A stretch of DNA of 64,000 nucleotides from Candidatus Undinarchaeales archaeon (GTDB lineage Archaea > SpSt-1190 > JASMDC01): the NCBI GenBank assembly GCA_030753015.1, contig JASMDC010000002.1:1-64000 (forward strand), in the 5' to 3' direction. Shown here one piece after another: positions 43,090-53,711 of the stretch. A program made the position numbers and the translations under genes. Numbering within the stretch: the first letter of the stretch is position 1; every line of letters starts with the position of its first letter. The notes beneath the pieces were generated by a model that searched no databases, was not told the DNA's origin, and saw nothing but the letters and a program-made list of their open reading frames with translations.

Positions 43090-44822
43090 CGGTCATTGAC
43101 TGCTACACTGACGAGCCCGCCGGGCTCGGAGTGCCGCCCTACCTTGGAATCCACCCGCGGTACGTGGCGGGCGCTGCCAGCGTCAATGGGCACCAGCCCG
43201 TGTATCTCACTATCGATGACCTGCGTGTTACATCCCGTGGTCGAGGTCGCGGGTACGAGCATCAGAAGCGGACACTTAACACGACACCTAACCTCGCTCG
43301 CGTGTCCCGCGTCCTTGAGCAGGCGCGATTGGTGGTAGTCATCACTGGGAAAGGCACACCTGGTAAGTACGTCTCAGCGGAGCCGGGCAGTCCCGAGGAA
43401 GCAGCGAAACTGGTGGAACGATGCGCGCCACGGCATGGGCCTCTTGTAGCGGCCGGACCGTGCGCATATACCACCCCTGGGCCCTGGGCGGAGAGGTACG
43501 ACCTCGTGGCCACCGGTGACGCCGAGTGCTTTGTTGCCGATCTGCTCGCCGGTGAGGATTCCTCCGACCGGCGACGCGACCACAAAGAGCTCGATGTCTA
43601 CGCTCGAGCGGGCGCTTGCATCCTCCCTCAACACCCCTGGGGCGCTGACGCGACCGTAGAGCTGGAGACCTCACGTGGTTGCCCCCGGGCCCTCTCCGGA
43701 GGGTGTTCGTTCTGCATCGAGCCGGAGACATGGGGTCTGCCCTCCTTCCGGTCGGCAAAGGACGTCCAGGCAGAGGTGACCGCCCTGGCGGCCGAGGGCG
43801 CACGCCACTTCCGTCTCGGGCGACAGTCCTGCATCTACTCTCACGGCGCCCGTGGGATTGGGGAAACTGAGCGTCCCCGGCCCGATCCTATGGCAGTGGA
43901 GCGGCTACTGCGCGCCGTGCGGACAGCAGCTCCCGGTCTATCGACACTTCATGTGGACAACGCCAATCCCGCAATCATCGCCGCCCATCCGGAGGAGGCC
44001 GCATCGATCACCAAGATGCTCGTGCGTCACTGCACATCTGGGAACATAGCCGCTCTGGGCATGGAGAGCGCGGATCCGGCCGTTGTCAAGGCCAACAACC
44101 TCAATGCCGAACCCGAAGAGGTGCTCGCGGCCTGCCGTCTCATCAACCGGTACGGTGCCGGCCGGGGGGAGAACGGCCTGCCCCTGTTCCTTCCGGGCAT
44201 CAACGTCGTGTTCGGGCTCCTGGGCGAGACGTCCGAGACTTACGAGCTCGACCTCGCGTTCCTGCGCGGGCTGCTCGATGAGGGGCTGCTGGTACGGCGG
44301 ATCAACGTCAGGGTGGTGGTGCCCTACTCGGGCACACGGCTCGCACGGGAGGGGGCGCGCATGGCCCGGCGTCATCACTCGCTCATCATGACCTATAGGA
44401 AGCGTATCAGGGAGGAGGTGGACATACCCATGCTCCAGCGAGTGCTCCCTTTGGGGACCAGGCTCACGGGGCTGCGGGTCGAGATCGCCAAGGGGAAGAC
44501 GACCTTCCTTCGTCAGCCGGGGACCTACCCTATCACCGCCGCCATCCAGACCCCGCTCGAGCGCGGTGAGGTTATGGACGCCACGGTCGTTGCGCATCGG
44601 CAGCGGTCGGTGACGGTCGTGCCCAGGCCACTGGATGTGAACGCCGTCTCCATGTCCCTTCTAACGAGTGTTCCCGGGGTCGGGAAGCGCTGGGCAGCTC
44701 GTATCGTACTGGGTCGGCCGTACCGGGACGTCGCGGAGCTGTCCCCTCTCTTGCAGGAGATGAGCGAGCCCGAAGCGTTGGCCGCTGCCCTGGGGATACC
44801 CGCTCGGCGGGAAAAGGCTTAA
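43053..44822 (+). CDS. Archaeal radical SAM protein with C-terminal helix-hairpin-helix (COG1031-like)
   Basis: IDCYTDEPAGLGVPPYL N-terminus, ETSRGCPRALSGGCSFC (Cx7Cx2C), HVDNANP, LLVRRINVR, HhH VPGVGKRWAARI. Confidence 0.88.
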   Translation: MEARINRQRGTVAVIDCYTDEPAGLGVPPYLGIHPRYVAGAASVNGHQPVYLTIDDLRVTSRGRGRGYEHQKRTLNTTPNLARVSRVLEQARLVVVITGKGTPGKYVSAEPGSPEEAAKLVERCAPRHGPLVAAGPCAYTTPGPWAERYDLVATGDAECFVADLLAGEDSSDRRRDHKELDVYARAGACILPQHPWGADATVELETSRGCPRALSGGCSFCIEPETWGLPSFRSAKDVQAEVTALAAEGARHFRLGRQSCIYSHGARGIGETERPRPDPMAVERLLRAVRTAAPGLSTLHVDNANPAIIAAHPEEAASITKMLVRHCTSGNIAALGMESADPAVVKANNLNAEPEEVLAACRLINRYGAGRGENGLPLFLPGINVVFGLLGETSETYELDLAFLRGLLDEGLLVRRINVRVVVPYSGTRLAREGARMARRHHSLIMTYRKRIREEVDIPMLQRVLPLGTRLTGLRVEIAKGKTTFLRQPGTYPITAAIQTPLERGEVMDATVVAHRQRSVTVVPRPLDVNAVSMSLLTSVPGVGKRWAARIVLGRPYRDVAELSPLLQEMSEPEALAAALGIPARREKA

Positions 44823-44847
44823 AAACCATAGGGCGGCAGGGTGCCTC

Positions 44848-45903
44848 ATGAAGGCCGTACGCTCCATCACGCTCCCTCGCCGAGTGCTCATCGGTCACGA
44901 CGTGCTAGACGAGGTGGGTACCGTATGTGGTGAGCTCGACCTGGGCGGATCCCTTGTAGTAGCATACGACAAGGGGACGCTGAAAGCGGCTGGAGCAAAG
45001 GTGTTGGACGTGCTACGCAATGACGGTTTCACCGTGACGGCCTTTGAGGTGACCGAGGGAGGGCCTCCAGATGTGGACGCTCTCCAGAACACGGCGCGCG
45101 ATCACGGCGCCATCGTGGCCGTCGGTGGAGGACGGGTCATCGACGTGTCCAAGGCGGCCGGCTTCATGGCGGCCATCCCCTTTGTCAGCATCCCCACCGC
45201 CGCCTCGCACGACGGTATCGCTTCGGCGCAGGCGTCCCTCATAGAGGAGGGCCAGCGCCACAGCATCGCCGCCGTTCCTCCGGTCGCCATAGTCGCGGAC
45301 ACGGCCGTTATCGCCAAGGCGCCACCCCGGCTGTACCGTGCAGGGTGCGGTGACATCATCTCGAACTTCACCGCAGTGCTCGATTGGCAGCTGGCGCGCC
45401 GGCTACACAACGAGTACTACGGTGAGTACGCCGCCAACCTCGCGCTCATGTCGGCCACCATGCTCATGGAGAACGCTGACATCGTGGCGACCACGAACGA
45501 GGAGGGGCTCAGTATCGTGCTGGAAGCCCTCATCTCCAACTCGGTGGCCATGAGCATCTCGGGCTCGTCCCGCCCTTGTTCTGGGGGCGAGCACCTCTTC
45601 AGCCACGCTCTCGACAGCTTCGCCAAGCGGCCCGCGCTACACGGGGAGCAGGTGGCCCTGGGGACCATCATCTGCACCTACCTCCACGGTGAGGACTGGG
45701 AGACCGTGCGCGACGCTCTTGCATGCATCGGCGCTCCTGTCACCGCGAAGGAGGCCGGGCTGACCGACAAGGAGATCGTCAAGGCCCTTCTGATGGCGCC
45801 CAAACTGCGAAAGAGGTTCACTATCCTCCATACGGGCATCACCGAGAAAGCTGCCCGCCGAGCAGCAGAGGCCACGGGTGTCATCGCAGGAGGCGGTAGA
45901 TGA
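44848..45903 (+). CDS. egsA: sn-glycerol-1-phosphate dehydrogenase
   Basis: VGGGRVIDVSK, PTAASHDGIAS, GSSRPCSGGEHLFSHALD, LHGEQV. Confidence 0.96.
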   Translation: MKAVRSITLPRRVLIGHDVLDEVGTVCGELDLGGSLVVAYDKGTLKAAGAKVLDVLRNDGFTVTAFEVTEGGPPDVDALQNTARDHGAIVAVGGGRVIDVSKAAGFMAAIPFVSIPTAASHDGIASAQASLIEEGQRHSIAAVPPVAIVADTAVIAKAPPRLYRAGCGDIISNFTAVLDWQLARRLHNEYYGEYAANLALMSATMLMENADIVATTNEEGLSIVLEALISNSVAMSISGSSRPCSGGEHLFSHALDSFAKRPALHGEQVALGTIICTYLHGEDWETVRDALACIGAPVTAKEAGLTDKEIVKALLMAPKLRKRFTILHTGITEKAARRAAEATGVIAGGGR

Positions 45904-46994
45904 TGCCTGAGCTCGATCCGTGGGGTAGTTCGGACATCGAGGACTACGCCAAGCTCTTCGACGAGTTCGGTATCCAGCCATTCGAGGAGATACTCGGTAG
46001 TATCGAGAATCCGCACATGCTCATGCGTCGGAAGATCGTGTTCGGCCACCGGGACCTTGAGCGCGTCCTCGACGCAAAGAGGAAGGGCGAGCGGTTCGCT
46101 CTTGTGAGCGGTATGATGCCCTCGGGCAAGATGCACTTTGGCCACAAGATGGTGGTCGACCAGCTCATGTGGTGGCAGGACCTCGGCACGCCCCTCTACA
46201 TCCCCATCGCAAGCGTTGAGGCGTACGGCGTGCGGGAGAAGTCCCTCGACGAAGTGGAACGGTTGGGGATCGAGGAGTACTTGGTAAACTACATCGCCCT
46301 TGGGCTGCGGCCTGACAATTGCACGGTTTACTTCCAGGAGAAGCGACGGGCCGTTGACACCTTAGCACTTCTCTTCTCGCGACGGGTCACCTTCAACGAG
46401 CTGCGCGCCATCTACGGCGAGCTCTCACCCGCCAAGATAGTCTCGGCACTGGTCCAGGTGGGTGACATCCTCCACCCGCAACTGCAGGAGTACGAAGGAC
46501 CTTGCCCTGTCGTTGTCCCCGTGGGTGCTGACCAGGACCCCCATATCCGGCTTACCCGTGACATAGCCTCCCGTGCATCCTCCGAGTTCGGCTTCCAACC
46601 CTGCGCAGCTACGTACCACAGGTTCAATTCGGGGCTGGACGGCGGGAAGATGTCCTCCAGCAAACCCTCATCCTACATCGCGCTCACCGAGACGCTCAAG
46701 GACGCGCGGTACAAGCTCATGAACGCCTTCACCGGTGGGCGTGACACCCTCAAGGAGCAGAAGGAGCTCGGCGGCAGACCGGATATCTGCACCGTCTACG
46801 AGCTCATGAAGCTCCACCTCGAGCCCGACGACGCCAAGCTCGAGAATACTTTCCGTACCTGTGCTGCAGGAGAACTCATGTGCGGCGACTGCAAGAAGTG
46901 CGCCTGGGACCTCCTTGAGCGCTTCCTGGTCGAGCACCAGGAAAAACGGGAGAAGGCGCGCGACCGCATCGAGGAGTACTTAGTAAAGGAGTGA
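45900..46994 (+). CDS. trpS: Tryptophan--tRNA ligase
   Basis: LDPWGS N-terminus, PSGKMHFGH, PVGADQDPH, KMSSS, AFTGGR, CGDCK. Confidence 0.96.
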   Translation: MMPELDPWGSSDIEDYAKLFDEFGIQPFEEILGSIENPHMLMRRKIVFGHRDLERVLDAKRKGERFALVSGMMPSGKMHFGHKMVVDQLMWWQDLGTPLYIPIASVEAYGVREKSLDEVERLGIEEYLVNYIALGLRPDNCTVYFQEKRRAVDTLALLFSRRVTFNELRAIYGELSPAKIVSALVQVGDILHPQLQEYEGPCPVVVPVGADQDPHIRLTRDIASRASSEFGFQPCAATYHRFNSGLDGGKMSSSKPSSYIALTETLKDARYKLMNAFTGGRDTLKEQKELGGRPDICTVYELMKLHLEPDDAKLENTFRTCAAGELMCGDCKKCAWDLLERFLVEHQEKREKARDRIEEYLVKE

Positions 46995-48484
46995 TTAACG
47001 TGGAGCTACACCCGAAGGAGCGCGACATCCTAGCCGCCCTGGCGGCCACCGACGGCCCGGCCCGTCCGGAGGAGCTTGAGAGTGTGGACCCCACCACCGC
47101 CCGCAGAATGGGTTACTGGCTCTCCCAGAAGGGGCTTGTGACACTCGAGGAGCGTACCCTCGAGGAGGCCCGCATCACCGAGGAGGGGCGGTTGGCCGCT
47201 TCAAACGGCCTCATCGAACGACGGCTGCTTACTATCCTCACCAAGAAGACACCGCTCGAGGACCTCTTCCGTACCGAGGGCCTGTCCCGGGAGCAGGTGA
47301 AGATCGGGCTCGGTTGGCTGCGCAAACGCAAGTGGGCGACGATCGGGCGTGACGAGGACGTCACGGTGCTCACCCGCAGCGATGAGGGGACGAAGGCCGT
47401 CGACGGGACCTTACTTGAGGAGGAGATTCTCGTCAAGCTGGCCATCGGTCCCATCGCGGTCACCGACAAGGAGCGCAAACTTCTCGAGACGCTCGTCCAT
47501 CGTAGCATGGCCACCGTCTCCGAGCGCAAGGAGCTCGTGCTCACCATCACCGACGAGGGCCGGGAAACCCTCGAATCGAGCGATGACGAAGGCTCCGTCA
47601 GCCTCCTCACTCCTGTTATGCTCGAGACCGGTTCATGGCGGAACGTCTCCTTCCGCAAATACGACGTCACACTTCCCGTCCCGCCGACACGGCCCGGGCG
47701 GAAGCACCCACTCCCAGTGCTCATCGACCGGGTACGCCGTATCTTCCTCGATATGGGATTCCAGGAAGCTCGAGGACCTTTCGTGGAGTCGTCCTTCTGG
47801 TGTTTCGACGCCCTCTTCCAGCCTCAGGACCATCCGGCACGCGAACTTGCTGACACGTTCTACATGAAGAACCCGGCCAAGACCGTGCTCCCGAAGAAGA
47901 TCGTGCCCAAGGTGCGCTCGGCCCACGAGAACGGCACGGCCGGCTCGTCCGGGTGGGGTTACAAATGGAGCGAAGACGTGTCCCGACGGCCGGTTCTGCG
48001 TACGCACACGACAGCGGTCTCGGCCCGCCGTCTCTCCGAGCTCACGCCTCCCGCCAAGGTGTTCTGTGTTGACCGTGCCTTCCGCAACGAGACGCTGGAC
48101 TACAAGCACCTGATGGAGTTCCACCAGGTGGAGGGCATCGTGGTGTCCGAGGACGTCACCTTCAACCACCTGTTGGGCTATCTCAAGGAGTTCTACCAGC
48201 GCCTGGGTTTCGACAAGGTGCGGTTCCGACCCGCCTACTTTCCTTACACCGAGATGAGCGTCGAGCCCGAGGTGTGGATGCCCTCACGAAAGAGCTGGAT
48301 CGAGCTGGGTGGCGCAGGGATGTTCCGCCCCGAGGTCACCGAACCGCTGGGCATCGAGTGTCCGGTGCTCGCTTGGGGCCTCGGTCTGGAGCGTCCGGCC
48401 ATGCTGGCCCTGGAGATGGATGACATGCGCACCTTCTATCGCAACGACGCGGACTGGCTGGCCGACGCGCCGGGGGTGTTCTGA
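46991..48484 (+). CDS. pheS: Phenylalanine--tRNA ligase alpha subunit (archaeal long form)
   Basis: FDALFQPQDHPARELADTF, LRTHTT, FRNE, EFHQVEG, YFPYTEMSVE, AWGLGLER. Confidence 0.97.
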   Translation: MINVELHPKERDILAALAATDGPARPEELESVDPTTARRMGYWLSQKGLVTLEERTLEEARITEEGRLAASNGLIERRLLTILTKKTPLEDLFRTEGLSREQVKIGLGWLRKRKWATIGRDEDVTVLTRSDEGTKAVDGTLLEEEILVKLAIGPIAVTDKERKLLETLVHRSMATVSERKELVLTITDEGRETLESSDDEGSVSLLTPVMLETGSWRNVSFRKYDVTLPVPPTRPGRKHPLPVLIDRVRRIFLDMGFQEARGPFVESSFWCFDALFQPQDHPARELADTFYMKNPAKTVLPKKIVPKVRSAHENGTAGSSGWGYKWSEDVSRRPVLRTHTTAVSARRLSELTPPAKVFCVDRAFRNETLDYKHLMEFHQVEGIVVSEDVTFNHLLGYLKEFYQRLGFDKVRFRPAYFPYTEMSVEPEVWMPSRKSWIELGGAGMFRPEVTEPLGIECPVLAWGLGLERPAMLALEMDDMRTFYRNDADWLADAPGVF

Positions 48485-50167
48485 ATGGCAACGCTGACGT
48501 TCGACCTGCCCGATCTGTTCAAGCTCATCGGCAAGAAGCTTCCCGTCGACGAGCTCTCGGCCATCCTCGCGGCCATGGGCGTGCCCGTGGAGGGCGTGGA
48601 GGGCGACGAGATCGAGGTCGAGGTGTTCCCCAACCGGCCCGACATGCTCTCGGTGGAGGGCGTCGCCCGGAACCTCAGGGGCATCCTTGGCATCGAGACG
48701 GGATTGCCTGCCACACCGCTCAAGGCATCGGACCTGGTCGTGGAGGTGGACCCGTCCACCAAGGACATCCGTCCCTTCATCGTATGCGGCATCGCCCGCA
48801 ACGTCACGTTCGACGATTCCTTCATCCGCTCGGTGATGCAGATCCAGGAGAAGCTGCACGCCACGCACTGCAGGAAGCGGCGCAAGGCGTCCATCGGAAT
48901 CTACGACCTGGATACCATCACAGGCCCAATACGATACGTCGCTCTGGAGCCGGGGATGATCGAGTTCGTACCCCTCTCCCTCGAGGGCGAGGAGGAGTAC
49001 GGCACTATGAGCGGTCGTGAGATCCTCATCAAGCACTCCAAGGGCCGTGACTACGCGTTCACCCTCGAGGACCTGCCACGCTTCCCCATCCTGGAGGACG
49101 CCAATGGTCAGGTGCTCTCCATGCCCCCCATCATCAACAGCGAGGAGACCCGCGTTTCCGAGGGGACGACGAACCTGTTCTTCGATGTCACCGGCACCGA
49201 TCTCAAGACCATTTGCCAAGTACTCAATATATTCTGCGCCCTGCTCACCGACCGGGGCGCTGATGTGGGAAGTGTCGAGGTGCGTTACCCGGACGCCATC
49301 ATGGTCACACCGGAGCTGGCGCCGTCCACCATGGAGGTCGATGTGGCGTATATCACGGGTCTGTTGGGCATCACCCTTTCCGACAAGGAAGTGGCCGAAC
49401 GCCTGGAGCGCATGCGCCTGGGCGTCAAGAAGAAGGGGAAGGGCCGTCTTGAGGTATCAGTCCCCGCCTTCCGTACAGATGTGATGCATCCCATGGACCT
49501 GGCGGAGGACGTGGCAATCGGCCACGGGTACGATAACTTCGAACCATCCCTCCCTGCCGTAGCGACCGTGGGGGCGCCCTTGCCGATTCGTGATGCTGGC
49601 GACGTGGTCCGAGATGCTCTGATAGGCCATGGATTCAGCGAGGTCATCACATTCGTGCTCACCAATCCCGATCGGCTCTTTACGAGGATGGGCGAGGAGC
49701 AACGGCCGGTAGCGACCATCGCCAATCCCAACTCCAGCGAGTTCACCGTGGTCCGCGATCGCCTTCTGCCCTCCCTTATCGAGACGCTGGAGCGGAACAA
49801 GCGCCACGGGTACCCCCAGCGCCTCTTCGAGGTGGGGGATATCGTGGTGCTCGATGATAAAGCGGACACCGGGACGCGGAACGTCCGGCGCCTTGACGGT
49901 GCCATGGCCGGAACGGACGCCACATTCGCTGCACTGAAGGCGGTAGTGGAGTCCCTGGGGCGGACCCTGGGACGGTCGATGACTTTCGAAGCGGTCGATG
50001 AGAAGGCCTTCATCCCCGGTCGAGCGGCGCGGGTGCTCGTGGAAGGTGCTCCCGCAGGAGTGTTCGGTGAAATCCATCCGGCGGTGCTGGAGTCCTTCGC
50101 TCTGGAGGTCCCTGTCGCTGCCCTTGAGTTCGACCTGGAGGTGCTCTACAATGGTACGCAAGCGTAA
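48485..50167 (+). CDS. pheT: Phenylalanine--tRNA ligase beta subunit
   Basis: PNRPDMLSVEG, QEKLH, SMPPIINS, RTDVMHPMDLAEDVAIGHGY, GEIHP. Confidence 0.97.
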   Translation: MATLTFDLPDLFKLIGKKLPVDELSAILAAMGVPVEGVEGDEIEVEVFPNRPDMLSVEGVARNLRGILGIETGLPATPLKASDLVVEVDPSTKDIRPFIVCGIARNVTFDDSFIRSVMQIQEKLHATHCRKRRKASIGIYDLDTITGPIRYVALEPGMIEFVPLSLEGEEEYGTMSGREILIKHSKGRDYAFTLEDLPRFPILEDANGQVLSMPPIINSEETRVSEGTTNLFFDVTGTDLKTICQVLNIFCALLTDRGADVGSVEVRYPDAIMVTPELAPSTMEVDVAYITGLLGITLSDKEVAERLERMRLGVKKKGKGRLEVSVPAFRTDVMHPMDLAEDVAIGHGYDNFEPSLPAVATVGAPLPIRDAGDVVRDALIGHGFSEVITFVLTNPDRLFTRMGEEQRPVATIANPNSSEFTVVRDRLLPSLIETLERNKRHGYPQRLFEVGDIVVLDDKADTGTRNVRRLDGAMAGTDATFAALKAVVESLGRTLGRSMTFEAVDEKAFIPGRAARVLVEGAPAGVFGEIHPAVLESFALEVPVAALEFDLEVLYNGTQA

Positions 50168-51257
50168 GATCAAGCGGTCCGCAGAGATCGCCCTGGAGAT
50201 GGTAGAGGAGCACGATGATCACAAGCGGAGCCATGGAACATCGGACAAGATGTTCGCGTTCTTCGTAGGAGGGATCATGATCCTCTCTGCTGTGGCCCTG
50301 GGATTCAATTACTTCAGCACGTTCGATAGCGGCGGTGGTAGTGGAGGCCGGGAAGGAGCGCCCGAAGGAGGCCGTTTCCTCTTCGACTGGGATCTGGTGC
50401 CCGGCGAACACTCACCCCAGCTCCGCACGGTCCTCGTGGATGTCTTCGGGGTCACCTTCGCTTCGGAGCCTTCAGTTTTGAAGAGCAAGGATGGTCTGAC
50501 GATCACCTATAGTGATGGGAGCACGACAAGCACCCTCACCCTGGAAGCGGACCAAGAGCTCGTCTCCCTGAACCTCCAGGACGGTACGGAGTACTTGTTC
50601 AAGCTCGTTGAGGACGGGGAGGGTCGTGCTGTGTATGCCACAAGCGAGCGGATCACGCGCTCTCAGGACTATGAGATCGACCTGACCAAGTTCCTTGATA
50701 CTGAAGGCGATTCGCCACCTGAGGAGGCCGAGGCCTATTTCGTGCCTGCGACGATCAAGGGTCGTCTCCCGAGCCTCGTGTTCTTCGGCACCATGGGTGA
50801 GAATACGACCCTCACGCGCCAGGAGGTCATCGTGCGGGTACGTGGTGTGAGGGGTGTTGCCAACGCTACTGAGGCACCTGCCGAGAAGGAGGAGGTCCTT
50901 CATCTCCAGCTCTTCCTCGACCTCGAACATATCCTGGACCAGAACCTCACTGCGAAGCTCGCGGGACAGTTGGAAGTTCTCGGAAAAGAGCTTGCTCTCG
51001 AGACACCAGCAGTATACCAGCCATCGTTCGCTGAGCTGGAAACCGACAAGGTGAACATGACCGTGGGCGGAGAGGGCAAGGTGATCACCTTACGAAACAA
51101 GCTCATCTACAGCATGCTCACACCACCGGTCGAGGAGAACGCTACCGTGCAGCTCATGCTCCGGGGTAAGGTCGTGGGGAGTCGCCCGCACATCCTCACC
51201 GACGGCCGAGAGGACATCATGGGTTTCCAGCAGGCATTCACCCTCTCGCTCGGTTGA
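50151..51257 (+). CDS. Membrane-anchored hypothetical protein
   Basis: Basic N-terminus, one TM (FAFFVGGIMILSAVALGF); overlaps the pheT stop. Confidence 0.75.
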   Translation: MVRKRKIKRSAEIALEMVEEHDDHKRSHGTSDKMFAFFVGGIMILSAVALGFNYFSTFDSGGGSGGREGAPEGGRFLFDWDLVPGEHSPQLRTVLVDVFGVTFASEPSVLKSKDGLTITYSDGSTTSTLTLEADQELVSLNLQDGTEYLFKLVEDGEGRAVYATSERITRSQDYEIDLTKFLDTEGDSPPEEAEAYFVPATIKGRLPSLVFFGTMGENTTLTRQEVIVRVRGVRGVANATEAPAEKEEVLHLQLFLDLEHILDQNLTAKLAGQLEVLGKELALETPAVYQPSFAELETDKVNMTVGGEGKVITLRNKLIYSMLTPPVEENATVQLMLRGKVVGSRPHILTDGREDIMGFQQAFTLSLG

Positions 51258-51329
51258 CGGCCCCTCCATCTGGGAAAGGTATAAATAGCGCCGAGTGAGC
51301 GAAACCCCGGCAGTAGGGGACTGTCATCT

Positions 51330-52397
51330 GTGATCCTTAACGAGGGGCATTCCGTTGGGCTCGAGAAGGAGTTCTACGTCGTCGGCGCCGACAACAACAC
51401 TTACGAACAGGCCATCGTGAAGGACAGCGTAATCCCCCGCATGAAGGCGGAGCTGGGAGCCTACGACGAGTCCTGGGGTCCAAAGTGCTACATCGACGTC
51501 ACGGGTCCCCTTGAGGTCGTCACACGGCCTTGCTCGGACCTGCGCCAGCTCTCCGATGATATTACCACGGCCTACCGCATCGCGCAGGAGGAATCCGACG
51601 ACCGAGGCCTCTACACACTGGGTATGGGCTCACGTCCAGGCAAGCCCAGCGACCAGGCAGGGCTCCACGTGCACGTGGGCTTCAAGGACGAGGCCGAGGC
51701 CGAGTACGTGTTCAACGAGCTACAGAAGCACGTACCGGACATCATGGCCCTTTCGGCCAACTCACCGTCGCGGTTCGGAGGGGTTAAGGACACGCGAGCG
51801 AGTGGCGGGTACTACGGTCACAAGTTCTCTCCGTACTCTGACACGGGCCGCACCTCGGTCATCTACAAGCGTAGCAACACCCTGGAGGTGCGGTGCATGG
51901 ACTCCCAGGGGACGCCGGAGGAGGACGTGGCCATCGCCGCGTACATATTCGGTATCGCCGAGAAGGCCAAGGAGGACCACGCTAACGGTGTCGAACAGGA
52001 TACTGTCGGGAATGAGGGGCCCAAGAACTTCAAGCACGCTGTCAAGAAGGGCATGGAGGCCACCTTCAAGATCGATGACGAGAAGGTCCCGGCGTACCGC
52101 GTGGTCGAGGACACCTTCGTCGACATCCGCCACTACCTGGAGCGGTACGACTGCCCCGATGAGGTCATGGACGTCCTTGAGGGGAAGGTCAAGGAACGTC
52201 GCTCGGGGGCTGACGACATCCTGGACATCTACCACGAGACCGGCTATAGCAGCATATGGACCGGGATTAAGGACTTCTTCACGCTTCACCGGGGCCACGA
52301 CGAACTCTACGATCGGCTCGCACATAGAGGGCGTAGCGATGACGAGACCACCGTCGATGTCCCAGATGCAGACCTGCTACTCGCAAGAGCCGCATAA
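51330..52397 (+). CDS. Glutamate-cysteine ligase family 2 (YbdK-like carboxylate-amine ligase), paralog 1
   Basis: SVGLEKEFYVV, LEVVTRPC, AGLHVHVG, ALSANSP, TLEVRCMD; own TATAAATA at 51280-51287. Confidence 0.85.
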   Translation: MILNEGHSVGLEKEFYVVGADNNTYEQAIVKDSVIPRMKAELGAYDESWGPKCYIDVTGPLEVVTRPCSDLRQLSDDITTAYRIAQEESDDRGLYTLGMGSRPGKPSDQAGLHVHVGFKDEAEAEYVFNELQKHVPDIMALSANSPSRFGGVKDTRASGGYYGHKFSPYSDTGRTSVIYKRSNTLEVRCMDSQGTPEEDVAIAAYIFGIAEKAKEDHANGVEQDTVGNEGPKNFKHAVKKGMEATFKIDDEKVPAYRVVEDTFVDIRHYLERYDCPDEVMDVLEGKVKERRSGADDILDIYHETGYSSIWTGIKDFFTLHRGHDELYDRLAHRGRSDDETTVDVPDADLLLARAA

Positions 52398-52503
52398 TAC
52401 GGCCCATTGTTGCGTTCTATTGTAGTATGGAATGGACTATTTCGCGACCGTTATAAGAAATGTATAAATACCACATCGTGCGCCGCCCCCGCACAGTAAC
52501 GAC

Positions 52504-53625
52504 ATGACAATCGTCAACGAAGGTCATTCGGTTGGGCTCGAGAAAGAGTTCTATGTTGTGGACGGGAGCAACCAGACCTACCAACAGTACACTATCGATA
52601 CAATCGTCAAGGAACGGATGCAAAATGAGATGAAAGCATACGATTCCGATGTAGGACCCAAGTGCTATGTCGATGCATCCGGTCCGTTTGAGATCACGAC
52701 CCGTCCGTGTACAGACCTTCAGCAACTTTCCGATGATATCACAACGACCTACAGGTTCGCCAAAGAAGAGTCGGAGAAACAAGGTCTCTATGCTCTCGGA
52801 ATGGGCGGACGGCCCGGAGCTCCAGACGATGCGGCAGGGCTGCACGTGCATGTCGGTTATGCGAATGAGGGCGAAGCCGACTACGTGTTCCACGAGCTCC
52901 AGAAGCACGTACCGGACATCATCGCGCTCTCGGCCAACTCACCGTCACGGGACGGGATGGTCAAATGCCTGCGGCAGTACGGCAATCCGATAAAGCACCT
53001 CTTCGACTTCCTGGGTGCAGGAGATACGCTCTTCTACGGTCATACGTTCTCACCGTTCGAGAAGACGGGCCGTTCCTCTGTCATCTACAAACGGGACGAC
53101 TCGAACACCGTCGAGGTCCGCTGCATGGACACCCAGGGAACCCCCGAGGAGGACACGGCCGTCGCAGCCTACATTTTCGGCATCGCCGAGAAGGCGAAAG
53201 AGGACTTCAATAACGGTGTTGAACAGGTGGGTATCGGTAAAGAGGAGAAACGCAACTTCAAGCGTGCGGTCCGTAAGGGGATGGAGGCGACCTTCAGAGT
53301 GGATGGGAAGAAGGTGCCAGTATCCCAGGTCGTCGCAGCGACACTCAAGGAGATCCAACCTTACCTGGAGCAGTACGATTGTCCTGATGAGGTCATCGAT
53401 GTGCTCAATGAGCGCGTCGCAACCAAACGCTGCGGTGCTGATGACATAATGGACATCTATCGCGAGGAGGGGGTCGGCGGCTTCTGGGGCAGTCTCACAA
53501 GACCGTTCCTTCTCTCGTCCAAGCGGGAAAGGCTCATCAAGCATCTCGGCTACCGCGACCGGTTCGAGGAAGAGCAGGAAAGACAAGATGATGATCCCTC
53601 TTCCATGGTAGCTTCTCCGACGTAA
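52504..53625 (+). CDS. GCS2/YbdK-like ligase, paralog 2
   Basis: Same motifs (GLEKEF, FEITTRPC, GLHVHVG, SANSP, TVEVRCMD); TATAAATA at 52463-52470. Confidence 0.85.
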   Translation: MTIVNEGHSVGLEKEFYVVDGSNQTYQQYTIDTIVKERMQNEMKAYDSDVGPKCYVDASGPFEITTRPCTDLQQLSDDITTTYRFAKEESEKQGLYALGMGGRPGAPDDAAGLHVHVGYANEGEADYVFHELQKHVPDIIALSANSPSRDGMVKCLRQYGNPIKHLFDFLGAGDTLFYGHTFSPFEKTGRSSVIYKRDDSNTVEVRCMDTQGTPEEDTAVAAYIFGIAEKAKEDFNNGVEQVGIGKEEKRNFKRAVRKGMEATFRVDGKKVPVSQVVAATLKEIQPYLEQYDCPDEVIDVLNERVATKRCGADDIMDIYREEGVGGFWGSLTRPFLLSSKRERLIKHLGYRDRFEEEQERQDDDPSSMVASPT

Positions 53626-53711
53626 AGGACGTCCGCTGCCCTTTTTTCGTAATGTTTATATAGGACCGGGCCCGCAACCACTTGCGGGTAACAACAGGGG
53701 AAACGGGTACT

